Assembly: GCF_006345805.1 (NCBI RefSeq)
Contig: NC_043004.1
Coordinates: forward strand, 50,654,001-50,718,000
Length of the DNA: 64,000 nucleotides
Direction of reading: 5' to 3'
Source: Octopus sinensis
Taxonomy: Eukaryota
A program made the translations under genes and the position numbers. The notes under the pieces were generated by a model, which was given only the letters and a program-made list of their open reading frames with translations, did no database searches and was not told the origin of the DNA. Positions 13,012 to 24,543 of the stretch are shown here, piece after piece; the first letter of the stretch is position 1, and each line of letters begins with the position of its first letter.

Positions 13012-13403
13012 TATACTAATATAAAACGTATCGTTCATATCATCATCAGCAGCCCAAAAGTATGCGGGAGTTTTACATTTTCATGTGACATAACATTGTT
13101 GCTAAGGGACTCTATAATACTATTCACAAGAAGGATTATCCTGACGGCCATTACAAAGACACACTAAAGACAGAAAGTATATAGACCTTTAAAAATAAAG
13201 AATGCTGATGGAACACAACAATGAAAGCAACAATGCGGTTTAAGCAGAGCAGGTCTGATATATCTAGATATAACTTTATATCACATGGAACGAAAGTTGT
13301 GCACAGTGACACGCGCACATCCGAATGTAAGTTTTTTCCACACACACATGCATACACACAGTAATTCAGGTAATCACAAGCCCAAAGTGGGGTCTCTTTC
13401 TCT

Positions 13404-13628
13404 CTTTCTCTTTTATCTCTTTTACTTGTTTCAGTCATTTGACTGCGGCCATGCTGGAGCACCGCCTTTAGTCGAGCAAATCGACCCCGGGACTTATTCT
13501 TTGTAAGCCCAGTACTTATTTTATCGGTTTCATTTGCCGAACCGCTAAGTGACGGGGACGTAAACACACCAGCATCGGTTGTCAAGCAATGCTAGGGGGA
13601 CAAACACAGACACACAAACACACACATA

Positions 13629-13671
<43 letters not shown>

Positions 13672-13851
13672 TATATATATATATACACACATATACGACA
13701 GGCTTCTTTCAGTTTCCGTCTACCAAATCCACTCACAAGGCATTGGTCAGCCCGGGGCTATAGCAGAAGACACTTGCCCAAGATGCCACGCAGTGGGACT
13801 GAACCCGGAACCATGTAGTTCATAAGCAAGCTACTTACCACACAGCCACTC
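13404..13851 (-). mobile_element. SINE family A, near full length
   Basis: Head (reverse complement) agtggctgtgtggtaag...gggttcagtccc, CORE-like tcttgggcaagtgtctt, internal (TA)n, 3' module. Confidence 0.9.
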
Positions 13852-14821
13852 TAAACAAAATAACATGTATATAGATGTGTGTGTATGTATATGTGTGTGT
13901 ATGTGTGGTTTGAATACACACATATATACATATACGTACACACACACACGTATGATGATTTGCACCTTTATTTTTAATGCATTCTCACTTATTCGAACGT
14001 GATCATCTCAATGGCTGTTGTGCTTCACCGCAGGAGAACAGCTTCTCATTTACGACGAATAAGTATTCGTAACTCGTTCAGTTCATTAGCGCAAAGGACT
14101 CTGGGACAACCGTTGTTTCGACATCGCTGTGTTTCGTTAGCCAGAATCTCTTGCGCTAATGAACTAAGTAAAAAAACCATTTCTCTGCAGTTCTTTCAGT
14201 AATACTACCTTTTTCCCGTAGACAGCAGAAATCTCTCGAGCAGTTTGGCAGCTTTGCCAGCTTGATTGGAAGCAAAAAGAAACAAGTATAGAAAATGCTC
14301 GTTTCCTACTTGGTACTCTATAGCCATACGTCTGAAAAGAAGTAAAAAATTTTTTATATATATAAAGTTGTAGAGGAAGAATAGAGCTATAAAACCTCTA
14401 TTTTTCAAAATATTTTCCATATTTACCCAAAATAGCATTGGAAAGAAACGAACAATAGGCAGATAGCTGTACCCTATGGCTATTTGAGCCTGACGAATCG
14501 CCTATACAGATAAACGCTTTATGGGTGCGAAACCAATGATCAATCATAAACACGCCATAACAAACAACCTTCTAAATATATAATTTATACCGGTAGTAAA
14601 AACGGATACCTTAGAAGTTATTCCAACCACTAACTTTGCTAACCTATATATATATAACCCTCAAATAATAATTATATATATATATACATAACTTAGATAT
14701 GTATGTATGTATTACCTGATATGTTTCGATCAAAGATAGGTCCAGGTCATATCTAACTTAATAGCACCACCTGATAGGATTATATAAATCCTGTTTAAGT
14801 CAAGTTTTGTTATGGTCCATT

Positions 14822-14882
<61 letters not shown>

Positions 14883-14984
14883 TATATATATATATATATT
14901 TGTGTGTGTGTATGTGTGTCTGTGTGAGTATATTTATTTATGTGTGAGTGTGTGTGTGTGTGTCTGTGTCTGTGTGTGTATGTG

Positions 14985-15175
14985 TGACCGCGTGTGTATC
15001 GTTGGCGATTTTCTTTCTCCGTCTTCCCTTCTTTGGACTTTTTCTATATTTCTGATGAAGAGCTCCGCTCGAAACGTTAAATCCTCTTTCTTTTCTTTCC
15101 TTTCCTGAGCGTCCAATAATACTGTCCTCGCGTTGTTGTTTTTCTTTCTTGCTTGTTCTTGTTTGGATTGACTTT
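14985..15175 (+). mobile_element. Penelope-like terminal repeat remnant (family G)
   Basis: Related copies at about 19030-19230, 55370-55580, 63712-63865 and 63870-64000; carries a minimal hammerhead motif. Confidence 0.65.
15048..15082 (+). ncRNA. Minimal type I hammerhead ribozyme motif
   Basis: attt-CTGATGA-a-gagc(tcc)gctc-GAAA-cgtt|aaat: stem I attt/aaat, stem II 4 bp, palindromic ACGU helix III. Confidence 0.7.
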
Positions 15176-15515
15176 ATACATACATACATACACACACACA
15201 CACATATATATATATATATTGTTTCATCATTATTTTATTTATTTTATTCAATTTTAGAAACACTGAAGCATGTCTTTGACAAATCCGAAGCGTATTGACC
15301 TTATTGGTGCGTGTGTTTTGACGTTCTCTTTATATATATATAAACACACACACACATACACATACACACCACACACACACACACACACACATACACACAC
15401 ACACAGACACGTCCATTGTCTGAAAATCATTCTCCACACATCTGTGACCTCTTCCATCCCACGTGTATCCTCAGCAGGATCCCGAAATATAACAATATAT
15501 ATATTTCTTTTATTT

Positions 15516-15725
15516 TCTGTTACTTGCTTCAGTCATTTGACTGCGGTCATGCTGGAGCGCTGCCTTTAGTCGAACAAATCGACCCCAGGACTTATTCTTT
15601 GTGAGCCTAAGACTTATTCTATCGGTCTCTTTTGCCGAACTACTAAGTTATGGAGACGTAAACACACTAACATCGGTTGTCAAGCGATATTGGGGATACA
15701 AACGCAGACACAAATACACACACTC
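15516..15725 (-). mobile_element. SINE family A 3' module
   Basis: tacttgcttcagtcatttgactgcgg...ggttgtcaagcg. Confidence 0.8.
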
Positions 15726-15825
15726 ACACACACGCACACAGACACGCACACACACACACAAATATATATACATATATACATTCACACATATACATACACA
15801 CATATATGCGCGCGCGATTGTGTGT

Positions 15826-16040
15826 ATGTTTGTGTGTCTGTGTTTGTCTCCTTTACACGCTTGACAACCGATACTGGTGTTTACGTTCCCGTAAGGTAGC
15901 GGTTCGGCAAAAAAATAATAATAACCGATAGAATAAATACTAGCTTTAAAAGAAAAATAGTAAGTCCTTGGATCAATTTGTTCGACTAAAACCCCATCAC
16001 GGCGGTAGTCGAATGACTGAAGCCAGTAAAGGAATAAAAG
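15826..16040 (+). mobile_element. SINE family A 3' module, diverged, inverted relative to 15516-15725
   Basis: cgcttgacaaccgatactggtg...gaatgactgaagccagtaaaggaataaaag. Confidence 0.75.
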
Positions 16041-16080
16041 GGGCTGAAACATAAAAGAAAAGAAAAGAAAAGAAAAGAAC

Positions 16081-16117
<37 letters not shown>

Positions 16118-17842
16118 TGTTTCTTTATTAGCCACATAGGGCTGCACACAGACGGGACAAATTACAAGGTAGAGCTTTTCCTTTGGGGGATAAAAAAGGG
16201 GGTTTGGTTTTCGATCAAAAGGGATCGTAAAAGGAAAGAAAGAGGAAAGCAAAAAAAAAACGGGGAGGGGAATGAAAATAAAAAGAAAAGAAAAAAATCG
16301 ATCAATAGGGATCGTTATCACAGAAATGTCAATATAAAGTGTAAAGGGGAGGACAGGTGAGGTTTATCCGTGGAAAGAGAAGCCTACGGAAAAGACCACG
16401 GTAACCTCGGTCAATGAAGTCACATGTTATAATTTTTTTTACAAATAAGCAACTCTCTGTATTAATTTTTACGGTTCATAGGATCATAGTCAAGGTGGCT
16501 TCGTCATTCATACGTGCCATCCTTGCTACATTCACCCATCTTTTTTTAAAACATTCACTAGACAAAACTTGCCTCTCTACTCACACTTTCCTCTTCAAGT
16601 GATACTTGAAGTTGATGAGAGATTGACCAGAGAGGAAAGTGTTTGTCTCTAATCCTTTCAGGCTCGTCCACCAGATACATTCTTTCACCATAGCCACAAG
16701 TATGATAAAAATAGCTCTTCCTTCCCGTTTGAAGGAAGGAGGCGCGACGATATTAACGATAGACTCGGCTGATAAACCGACACGTCCCACACGTGACAGC
16801 AGTCGTTCGACATAAGCCCACAGGTCGGAGATTGTTGGACACTGCACGATTGCGTGCAGAACGGTTTCGTCGCTCTGACCGCATCTCGGGCAGGTCGGCC
16901 CCGTGTTTCTCGAGCCATGCCTATAGAGCTTATCCCGAACGGGTAACGCTTCTCGGTAGCACTGCCAGGCCAGGGATCTCTGGAAGTTGTCCATAGGTCC
17001 CGGGCCGAAAGTCGTTTGAAACAGGCGGGTCAGGTATTCCTCGTCGACGCCCAGGTTCGCCCCAAGATAGTCGTCGTACCTTCCCTCCACTAATCCCCTA
17101 TAGGATGCTTGGGTTGTGTTGAAGTCGCTCAAGGTCGACCCGGGACAGCATAGTTGCTTGAGAGCAATGCGACACTCGCGGTGCCATTTGCCCTTCCTCA
17201 GCCTCTTTTTGATCCATGACTGCAGTTCTGTCATGGATACGAGCTGCGGGACCACAACTGCGGGACCACAAACGGCGACCACAACTGTTCACCGTCGTCT
17301 ACATAGAGCCGGAGATGTCGCAGTCTCAGCGCGTGTCTGCGCATCATTAACCATCGGGACGCATCCTTTCCACAAGAAGCGGAAGACAATGCGTTCTAGT
17401 TTGGTGATGGTAGGGTCGGGACAAGGTACGACGGTCAGGCGGTAGTAGATGATGGACGCGATGTACGTGTTCGTCACCTCCGCCCGACCTCTTAGGGACA
17501 GTTTCCTCTCGGCCCATTGCCGGGCGAGAGTGACCACCCTACTCGTTATCTCGTTCCAGTTCTTCTCCATTTGGAGGTCCGAACCGAACCAGTCCCCGAG
17601 CAACTCAACCGGGCCGTCCGTCCAGCGTCCCACGACGGAGGTGCTGGTGGACGGCATGGGCTTGCTTCTCCAGGTGCCGAGCCGCAAGTCCACTGACTTC
17701 CCGGTTGATTTTCGCTCCTGTCACCGCTTCGTAGTCTTTCAGTGTCTCGCCGACCAGCTCGATGTGCTCGTGCCTTGACACTATGACGGGGACGTCGTCC
17801 GCGTATGCAGACACGCTCGTCCCGCATCCCAATTCTCGCGGG
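16118..17842 (-). mobile_element. Tx1/L1-clade LINE, 5'-truncated (RT C-terminal half, zf-RVT knuckle, 3' UTR)
   Basis: SVSAYADDV, KLSLRGRAEVTNTYIASIIYY, WQCYREALPVRDKLYRHG..CPRCGQSDETVLHAIVQC; flanked on both sides by (GATA)n. Confidence 0.92.
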
Positions 17843-17848
17843 AGATAA

Positions 17849-17927
<79 letters not shown>

Positions 17928-17948
17928 TATAGATAGATATATATATAT

Positions 17949-18039
<91 letters not shown>
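17843..18039. repeat. (GATA)n microsatellite; partner tract at 16080-16117
   Basis: Directly visible. Confidence 0.97.
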
Positions 18040-18040
<1 letters not shown>

Positions 18041-18435
18041 CTGGCCTTCAATACATGCAATACAGTACGGCTAACATGTGTGGACATACCAGCTGCTGTT
18101 CTGCTACACACGAATATACAGGATCGCATCTTTAAAATAGGCCAACTGGTTGGCTGGGAAAAATGTTCACTGAACAAAACGCCGTATAACCACTGGCTGA
18201 TTGATAGACCGACACTCACTGCTCGCTATCAGTTACGGATGCTCGCGCGTGTGTGATTGTGTTTGTGTGTGTATGTGAGCGTTTATATATCTATGAATGA
18301 ATATATGTGAGCCAACACACATACGCTAGCATGCACGCAAGCGAACTCCTTCGCAGACATACACACATACACACGCGCTCATACACACGCCATGCATGAA
18401 TTATCTGAATGGTGATGTATATTTTGACGCTCATA

Positions 18436-18649
18436 TTACTCTTTTACTCTCTTTTACTTGTTTCAGTCATTTGACTGCGGCCATGCTGGAGCACCACCTT
18501 TAATCGAGCAACTCGACCCCGGGACTTATTCTTTTTGTAAGCCCAGTACTTATTCTATCGGTCTCTTTTGCCGAACCGCTAAGTAACGGGGACATAAACA
18601 CACCAGCATCGGTTGTCAAGCAATGCTAGGGGGACAAACACACACACGC

Positions 18650-18724
<75 letters not shown>

Positions 18725-18888
18725 CGACGGGCTTCTTTCAGTTTCCGTCTACCAAATCCACTCACAAGGCTTTGGTCGGCCCGAGGCTATAGCAGAAGAC
18801 ACTTGCCCAAGATGCCACGCAGTGGGACTGAACCCGGAACCATGTGGTTGGTTAGCAAGCTACTTACCACACAGCCACTCCTGCGCCT
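18436..18888 (-). mobile_element. SINE family A, full length
   Basis: Starts (reverse complement) aggcgcaggagtggctgtgtggtaag; complete 3' module. Confidence 0.92.
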
Positions 18889-19131
18889 ATATATGTATAC
18901 TTAGCACATAAATCGATCCTTGGTAGCTTAAGGTTTTTTTAATTTACATGTGTGAGTACATATATGCGTGTGTGAGTGTATATGTGCGTGTGCATATAGA
19001 TATTAGCATAGTTATATATACATGTGTATATATAGTTAATCCAAACACGAACAAAGAAAATCACAACAACGCGAGGACGTAGACTAAGTGCAGTGTTATC
19101 GGACGCACAGGAAAGGAAAGAAAGAAGGAGA

Positions 19132-19166
19132 ATTTAACGTTTCGAGCGGAGCTCTTCGTCAGAAAT
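19132..19166 (-). ncRNA. Minimal hammerhead motif (family G)
   Basis: Reverse complement attt-CTGACGA-a-gagc(tcc)gctc-GAAA-cgtt|aaat. Confidence 0.68.
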
Positions 19167-19246
19167 ATAGTAAAAGTCCAAAGAAGGGAAGACGGAGAAA
19201 GAAAATCGCCAACGATACACATGCGGTCACATATGTATATACATGC

Positions 19247-19282
<36 letters not shown>

Positions 19283-19324
19283 TAATCAGTATCAAATTTT
19301 GATACTGATTAGAAGATCGAAAAT

Positions 19325-19367
19325 CCACCTGAAGATTGTCGGAGCAGACATGAAACATTTGTAGTGG
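19325..19367 (+). ncRNA. Candidate type I hammerhead ribozyme
   Basis: ccac-CTGAAGA-t-tgtc(ggagca)gaca-t-GAAA-ca(tt)tg-TA|gtgg; all three stems can form, but stem II is closed by U-U. Confidence 0.55.
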
Positions 19368-19463
19368 CGGTTTATTTAATTTATATTAAAATTTTATGTA
19401 TTGATTAAGTCTTTCCTTGTTTGGCTTAAATAGTGGTTTTGTCTCGAATTATATTATATATAT

Positions 19464-19592
<129 letters not shown>

Positions 19593-19679
19593 TACATTTA
19601 TATGTATGTATATATGTATGTATGCATTTTTCTGTGTGTACGTATATATATATATATATTATATATATATATATATATA

Positions 19680-19960
19680 TAACGAGAAGCTTTATGAAAA
19701 TAAACAAAAGACGAAGGCAGGTGGAATACAAACAAACAATTGTATTAGTATGGCGCTCAGGAATATAAATAAAACAAGTCTTTTACGTTTCGAGCCTACG
19801 CTCTTCAATAGAAAGATACACAGAAAAGAAACAAGGAGAGAAACAAGGAGAGAAAAAAAATGCGTGCAGAAGCTAGCGAATCAACATGGCGATCTGAGAC
19901 GCAAGAGCGAAAATAGGGGAGATAACAGGGTCAAAACCGGAGTAAGCACATAAATGTGAA
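19680..19960 (-). mobile_element. Penelope-like terminal repeat remnant (family F)
   Basis: Similar to about 41306-41640; degenerate hammerhead at 19779-19816 (stem I tcttt/aaaga, core CTATTGA). Confidence 0.6.
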
Positions 19961-20386
19961 ACAAGGTGGACAGTTTTGTTAAGATATTTTAACAAAACTG
20001 TCAGACGAACGGGAACATGAAATTCCGAGTAACAGCTTTTGTCATATTTCTGCTGCTTACGCATGGAGTCGAACCGGGGACAGCTGATGAAGGGGAATGT
20101 TCCTTGTGTTGTTTGTCTTGTGCTCTGTTTTTTCGTTGTTAAAAGAAGTCCGTTTCCATGTTTTTATGTTTTCGTTTCTCGTTGAGTTCTACGTCCATTT
20201 GTGGTGTCCTGTACTCAAATATATAAATGTATATATACAAAAAGCAATAAAGATTCAAGTTAATTTAAATGAATTTACTTGAATATGGTACCTAACTTAG
20301 ATGCACCAAAAAAAACTATACTGTTTTAACAATACAGTAATGCGGGGTGATTATAAGCGAGAAAGAAGCAACAAGAATGGATAGGT

Positions 20387-20477
20387 TTTTAGTACAATCG
20401 TTTCATACAAGGACAGGCTTTATTAAAAGTTGTAAAAATTACAGCATATAAACGTGTCCCGTACTCATCAGCTAAAA
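20387..20477 (-). ncRNA. Type I hammerhead ribozyme (left arm)
   Basis: Reverse complement of 21189-21279. Confidence 0.8.
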
Positions 20478-21188
20478 TACATGTGAGTTCTCTAGACATC
20501 CTAGTGGTTGAGGCTATACGCATGAAGTAATGTAGATAATTAAGTAACATAAACAGATTTCCAAAGTTCATTACAGTTCTTTAAAGATGATGTACAGTCT
20601 TATCACAGGATTTTAAAAAAGTTTTAATAGCATCACATAGAAGGTGACCTAATCCATAGAGCACATATGAATTTCCAGAGATATGATGAGGGATTACATA
20701 CTCACAGAAGACAAATTATCCATTGTTAATCACAACGAGGTGGGTCTCAATTCCTGCTTATTAGCATTACAGAGAGGGTGAATTAATCCTTTGTATAGAT
20801 GCACAATTTCCAATGGTGTAGATGTAAATTTCCAGAGAAATGAAGAGGAATTCATATTCACAGGCGATAAATTTATCAATGGTTGAACACAATGAGGTAG
20901 GTATCAATTCTTGTTATATGATTAGGTATTTGCCACATTAATCACATTACTGCTATTTACAAGAGGCTGTAGCTATTTAACTTTTAAAGGCTGAAGGGCT
21001 TTCTAGAGAGGCTAAGAATAGAAAATTCTTAGCCTCTCTAGAAACTTTTTTAAAATCCTGTGATAAGACTGTACATCATCTTTAAAGAACTGTAATGAAC
21101 TTTGGAAATCTGTTTATGTTACTTAATTATCTACATTACTTCATGAGTATAGCCTCAACCACTAGGATGTCTAGAGAACTCACATGTA

Positions 21189-21279
21189 TTTTAGCTGATG
21201 AGTACGGGACACGTTTATATGCTGTAATTTTTACAACTTTTAATAAAGCCTGTCCTTGTATGAAACGATTGTACTAAAA
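21189..21279 (+). ncRNA. Type I hammerhead ribozyme (right arm)
   Basis: Stem I ttttag/ctaaaa, core CTGATGA (21195-21201), long stem II gtacgggac/gtccttgtat, GAAA (21262-21265), helix III acg(at)tgt, predicted cleavage GUA| after 21273. Confidence 0.8.
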
Positions 21280-21308
21280 ACCTATCCATTCTTGTTGCTT
21301 CTTTCTCG

Positions 21309-21360
<52 letters not shown>

Positions 21361-21523
21361 ATATATATATATATATATATATATTTATGCATGTATATAT
21401 ACATATAGATGTAGGTACGTACATATATGTATGTATGTATGCATATATTTTATTTATTAAATTATTGTATGAGTGAGCGCCCTCGCGTCGTTTCGTTTCT
21501 TTTCTTTCCTCCAAGTAAGTTTA

Positions 21524-21915
21524 TCTTTATATATAAAAGTGAAGTTGTGTGAGTGTCTGTCTCCTACGATTTAGATTCCTAACTACTCCCACATTTTGCG
21601 GTGCAGTTTAACCAAAACCAGGTATCTTATAGTCGTGATTCATATCGAGCCCTTCTGGGTATTAGCGCGCGTCTACGATGAGTCTACGATTTTAAAAATA
21701 ATTTACCATCATTTTTTCCATTTTAATGCATATTTTTTTAAAGGGAAGTAACTCTCTAAAAATGTCTACGATAAGTCAACGATTTATAAAAAAAATTACC
21801 ATCATATTTTTTCCATTTTTAATGCATTTTTTGCTACTTTTTGGCTATAACTCTCTAAAAATGCTGTATAGTTATTTCCCTTACAAACGCGAGCAACGCC
21901 GGGCGATACTGCTAG
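21524..21915 (+). mobile_element. Non-autonomous Helitron
   Basis: 5' TC (tctttatatataaaag), GC-rich subterminal gagcaacgccgggcgatactg, 3' CTAG, inserted between A and T. Confidence 0.8.
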
Positions 21916-21942
21916 TATATATATATATAATATATATATATA

Positions 21943-21986
<44 letters not shown>

Positions 21987-22003
21987 GTGTGTGTGTGTGT
22001 GTG

Positions 22004-22200
22004 TGTGTTTGTCTCCCCACCATCACATGACAACCAATGTTGGTGTGTTTGTGTACCCGTACCTTAACTGTTTGGTAAAAGCGATTGATCGAATAAGTTC
22101 TAAGCTTACAGTACTGGGGTCGATTTGTTCGACTAAAGGCGATGCCCCAGCATGGCCGCAGTCAAATGACTGAAACATGTAAAAGAATAAAAGAATGAAA
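22004..22200 (+). mobile_element. SINE family A 3' module
   Basis: gacaaccaatgttggtgtg...cagcatggccgcagtcaaatgactgaaac. Confidence 0.8.
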
Positions 22201-22207
22201 ATAATAT

Positions 22208-22258
<51 letters not shown>

Positions 22259-22566
22259 CCCACACACAAGTGCATATATATGTGTGCATATATAGGTACT
22301 TATAAACACTCGCACAAGATAAGTTTTTCATATCAGGTTAGGGATTAGAGATTGAAATTAGTTGGGTCTCGATAGGTAAGGATGTATATTTTGCTAAGTG
22401 TACATGTGTATGTATATGTATATAGAGCCGATAGAATAAGTGCTAGGCTTACAAAGAATAAGTCCTGGAGTCCATTTCTGTGACTAAAAGCGGTGCTCCA
22501 GCACGGCCGAAGTCAAATGACTGAAACGTGTGAAAGAATATATATACGTATCTATCTGTATTTATC

Positions 22567-22642
<76 letters not shown>

Positions 22643-22877
22643 TGTGTGTTGTATTTTATATAGCCTTTGCCCTTATATATATATCAAGTGGTTATTAAAT
22701 ATATAGAGTGAAATATGGCATTTTTATTGCTTCTACAGACATAAACAATACTATTGAACACCCGGACAAGTGAGTCTTTATTTAGTTCTGCCACATGCTA
22801 GACATAACAGCTACTTCAAACCCAATTTTCACCTTATTGTATTGAATAAGAAAAAGGCACATCAAATAATATAGGAG

Positions 22878-23198
22878 CATTCCGTCGGTTACAACGACGA
22901 GGGTCCCAGCTGATACGATCAACGGAACAGCTTGCTCGTGGAATTAACGTGCAAGTGACTGAGCAATCCACAGACACGAGTACCCTTAACGTAGTTCTCA
23001 GGGAGATTCAGCGTGACACAGAGTGTGACAAGGCCGGCCCTTTGAAATACAGGTACAACTCATTTTTGCCAGCTGAGTGGACTAGAGCAACGTTAAATAA
23101 AGTGTCTTGCTCAAGGACACAATGCATCGCCGGGAATCGAACTCACGACCTTACAATCGTCAGTCGAATGTCCTAACCACTAAGCCACGCGCCTTCAC
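22878..23198 (-). mobile_element. SINE family D, full length
   Basis: Reverse complement ggcgcgtggcttagtggttaggacattcgact...gagttcgattccc, ttgtgtccttgagcaagacactt, family C-type tail. Confidence 0.85.
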
Positions 23199-23671
23199 AT
23201 CAAATAATATAATCAGGGATTTTCATACTTCGTTACTGCTTTATCAGCAACAGCGACGCAAACACCATGGCAAGAACAGTAACAGCGATCACAAACATCA
23301 AAGCAAGAACAATAATTAACAATAGCCAACAACAGTAATCTCAAGGTCAGCGGTTCTCAGCCATTTTTTGACCTATGGACCTCTTTAATTGCAATTTTAT
23401 TCTGGTGGACCCCCATATCCATTCTATGTTTAAACACTAGTTACTTGTTTCTAAATTCCTATTTTGTTTTTCACACGTTCACTTGTGTAGGTTTGTAAGA
23501 GCATTCTCTGAGGAAACATGTCTCAGTGGCTAGAAACTTTGTTAAATAATCCTCGATTCGCCCTCTGCTTTCTTTAAAAAGGAAGAACACATTGTATATT
23601 ATACTCTTAAATAGAGTCTGTTTAAATAAAAAGTTGGATTGTTCTCATTACCACGGCTAGTACTTTCAATT

Positions 23672-24058
23672 GTGGAGGCGCAATGGCCCAGTGGTTAGGG
23701 CAGCGGACTCGCGGTCATAAGATCGCTGTTTCGATTCCCAGACCGGGCGTTGTGAGTGTTTATTGAGCGAAAGCACCTAAAGCTCCACGAGGCTCTGGCA
23801 GGGGATGGTGGTGATCCCTGCTGTACTCTTTCACCACAACTTTCTCTCACTCTTACTTCCTGTTTCTGTTGTACCTGTATTTCAAAGGGCCGGCCTTGTC
23901 ACTCTCTGTGTCACGCTGAATATCACCGAGAACTACGTTAAGGGTACACGTGTCTGTGGAGTGCTCAGTCACTTACACGTTAATTTCACGAGCAGGCTGT
24001 TCCGTTGATTCGGATCAACCGGAACCCTCATCGTCGTAACCGACGGAGTGCTTCCACC
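23672..24058 (+). mobile_element. SINE family C, full length
   Basis: tRNA-like head; 10-bp TSD actttcaatt (23662-23671, 24059-24068). Confidence 0.92.
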
Positions 24059-24300
24059 ACTTTCAATTAATCAAATGTTTTAGGCTACTATATTACGCAT
24101 GCTAACGACCACATTACTGTCATGTTTCCATGAAGCGGACATCCCTACGTTTTTTCCTTTTCTATTTTATTTTGTCCTTCTTTTGATACATAGCGTTCGT
24201 CCTATATCATCCCCGAGTCATTCCAAGATCTATCTCTTACTGACAAGCAATGTTTCACTGAGAAGGTCTAATAAAGCCGTACAGGTGATTTGTTTATAAG

Positions 24301-24543
24301 CAGTACCACTCAACCATTTATTTACTATGGAACCCTTTCATTCCTTTTTTTAAAACTCGGGTGGACCCTCATGGCCATGTGATGTTAGAAAAAACCTTAT
24401 TGTGGTTTTATAATTAAAAGTGTATAAAAAGAAATTAAAGTATTTTATGTACTATAGAATTATAACTAACTGCACATACTCTTTAACAACAAAATTTTAT
24501 GTGAGCCCTCAACGGTCATAGGGACGCCGGTTGAGAACAACTG
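24301..24543. mobile_element. hAT-like MITE, diverged
   Basis: Termini cagtaccactcaacc / ggttgagaacaactg; imperfect TSD; partial relative at about 23347-23500. Confidence 0.55.

Larger units (their letters stand above)
20357..21309. repeat. Inverted repeat, 268-bp arms (20357-20624, 21042-21309), 417-bp spacer
   Basis: Arms are reverse complements with one mismatch seen (ORFs 20389..20571 and 21095..21277 differ by one residue). Confidence 0.95.

Noticed and set aside
13285-13506. Recurrent peptide [29 protein letters not shown] in about 15 ORFs, resembling a gene family
   Set aside because: Antisense translation of the SINE A 3' module.
20090-20115. CTGATGA followed by a small hairpin
   Set aside because: No GAAA or cleavage triplet downstream.
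20389-21277. Duplicated 60-aa ORF MNFGNLF...
   Set aside because: Lies in the inverted-repeat arms and overlaps the ribozyme; no coding evidence.
23672-23750. tRNA-like sequences (also heads of SINE A, B, D)
   Set aside because: A and B boxes are present but they continue into SINE bodies with TSDs; not tRNA genes.
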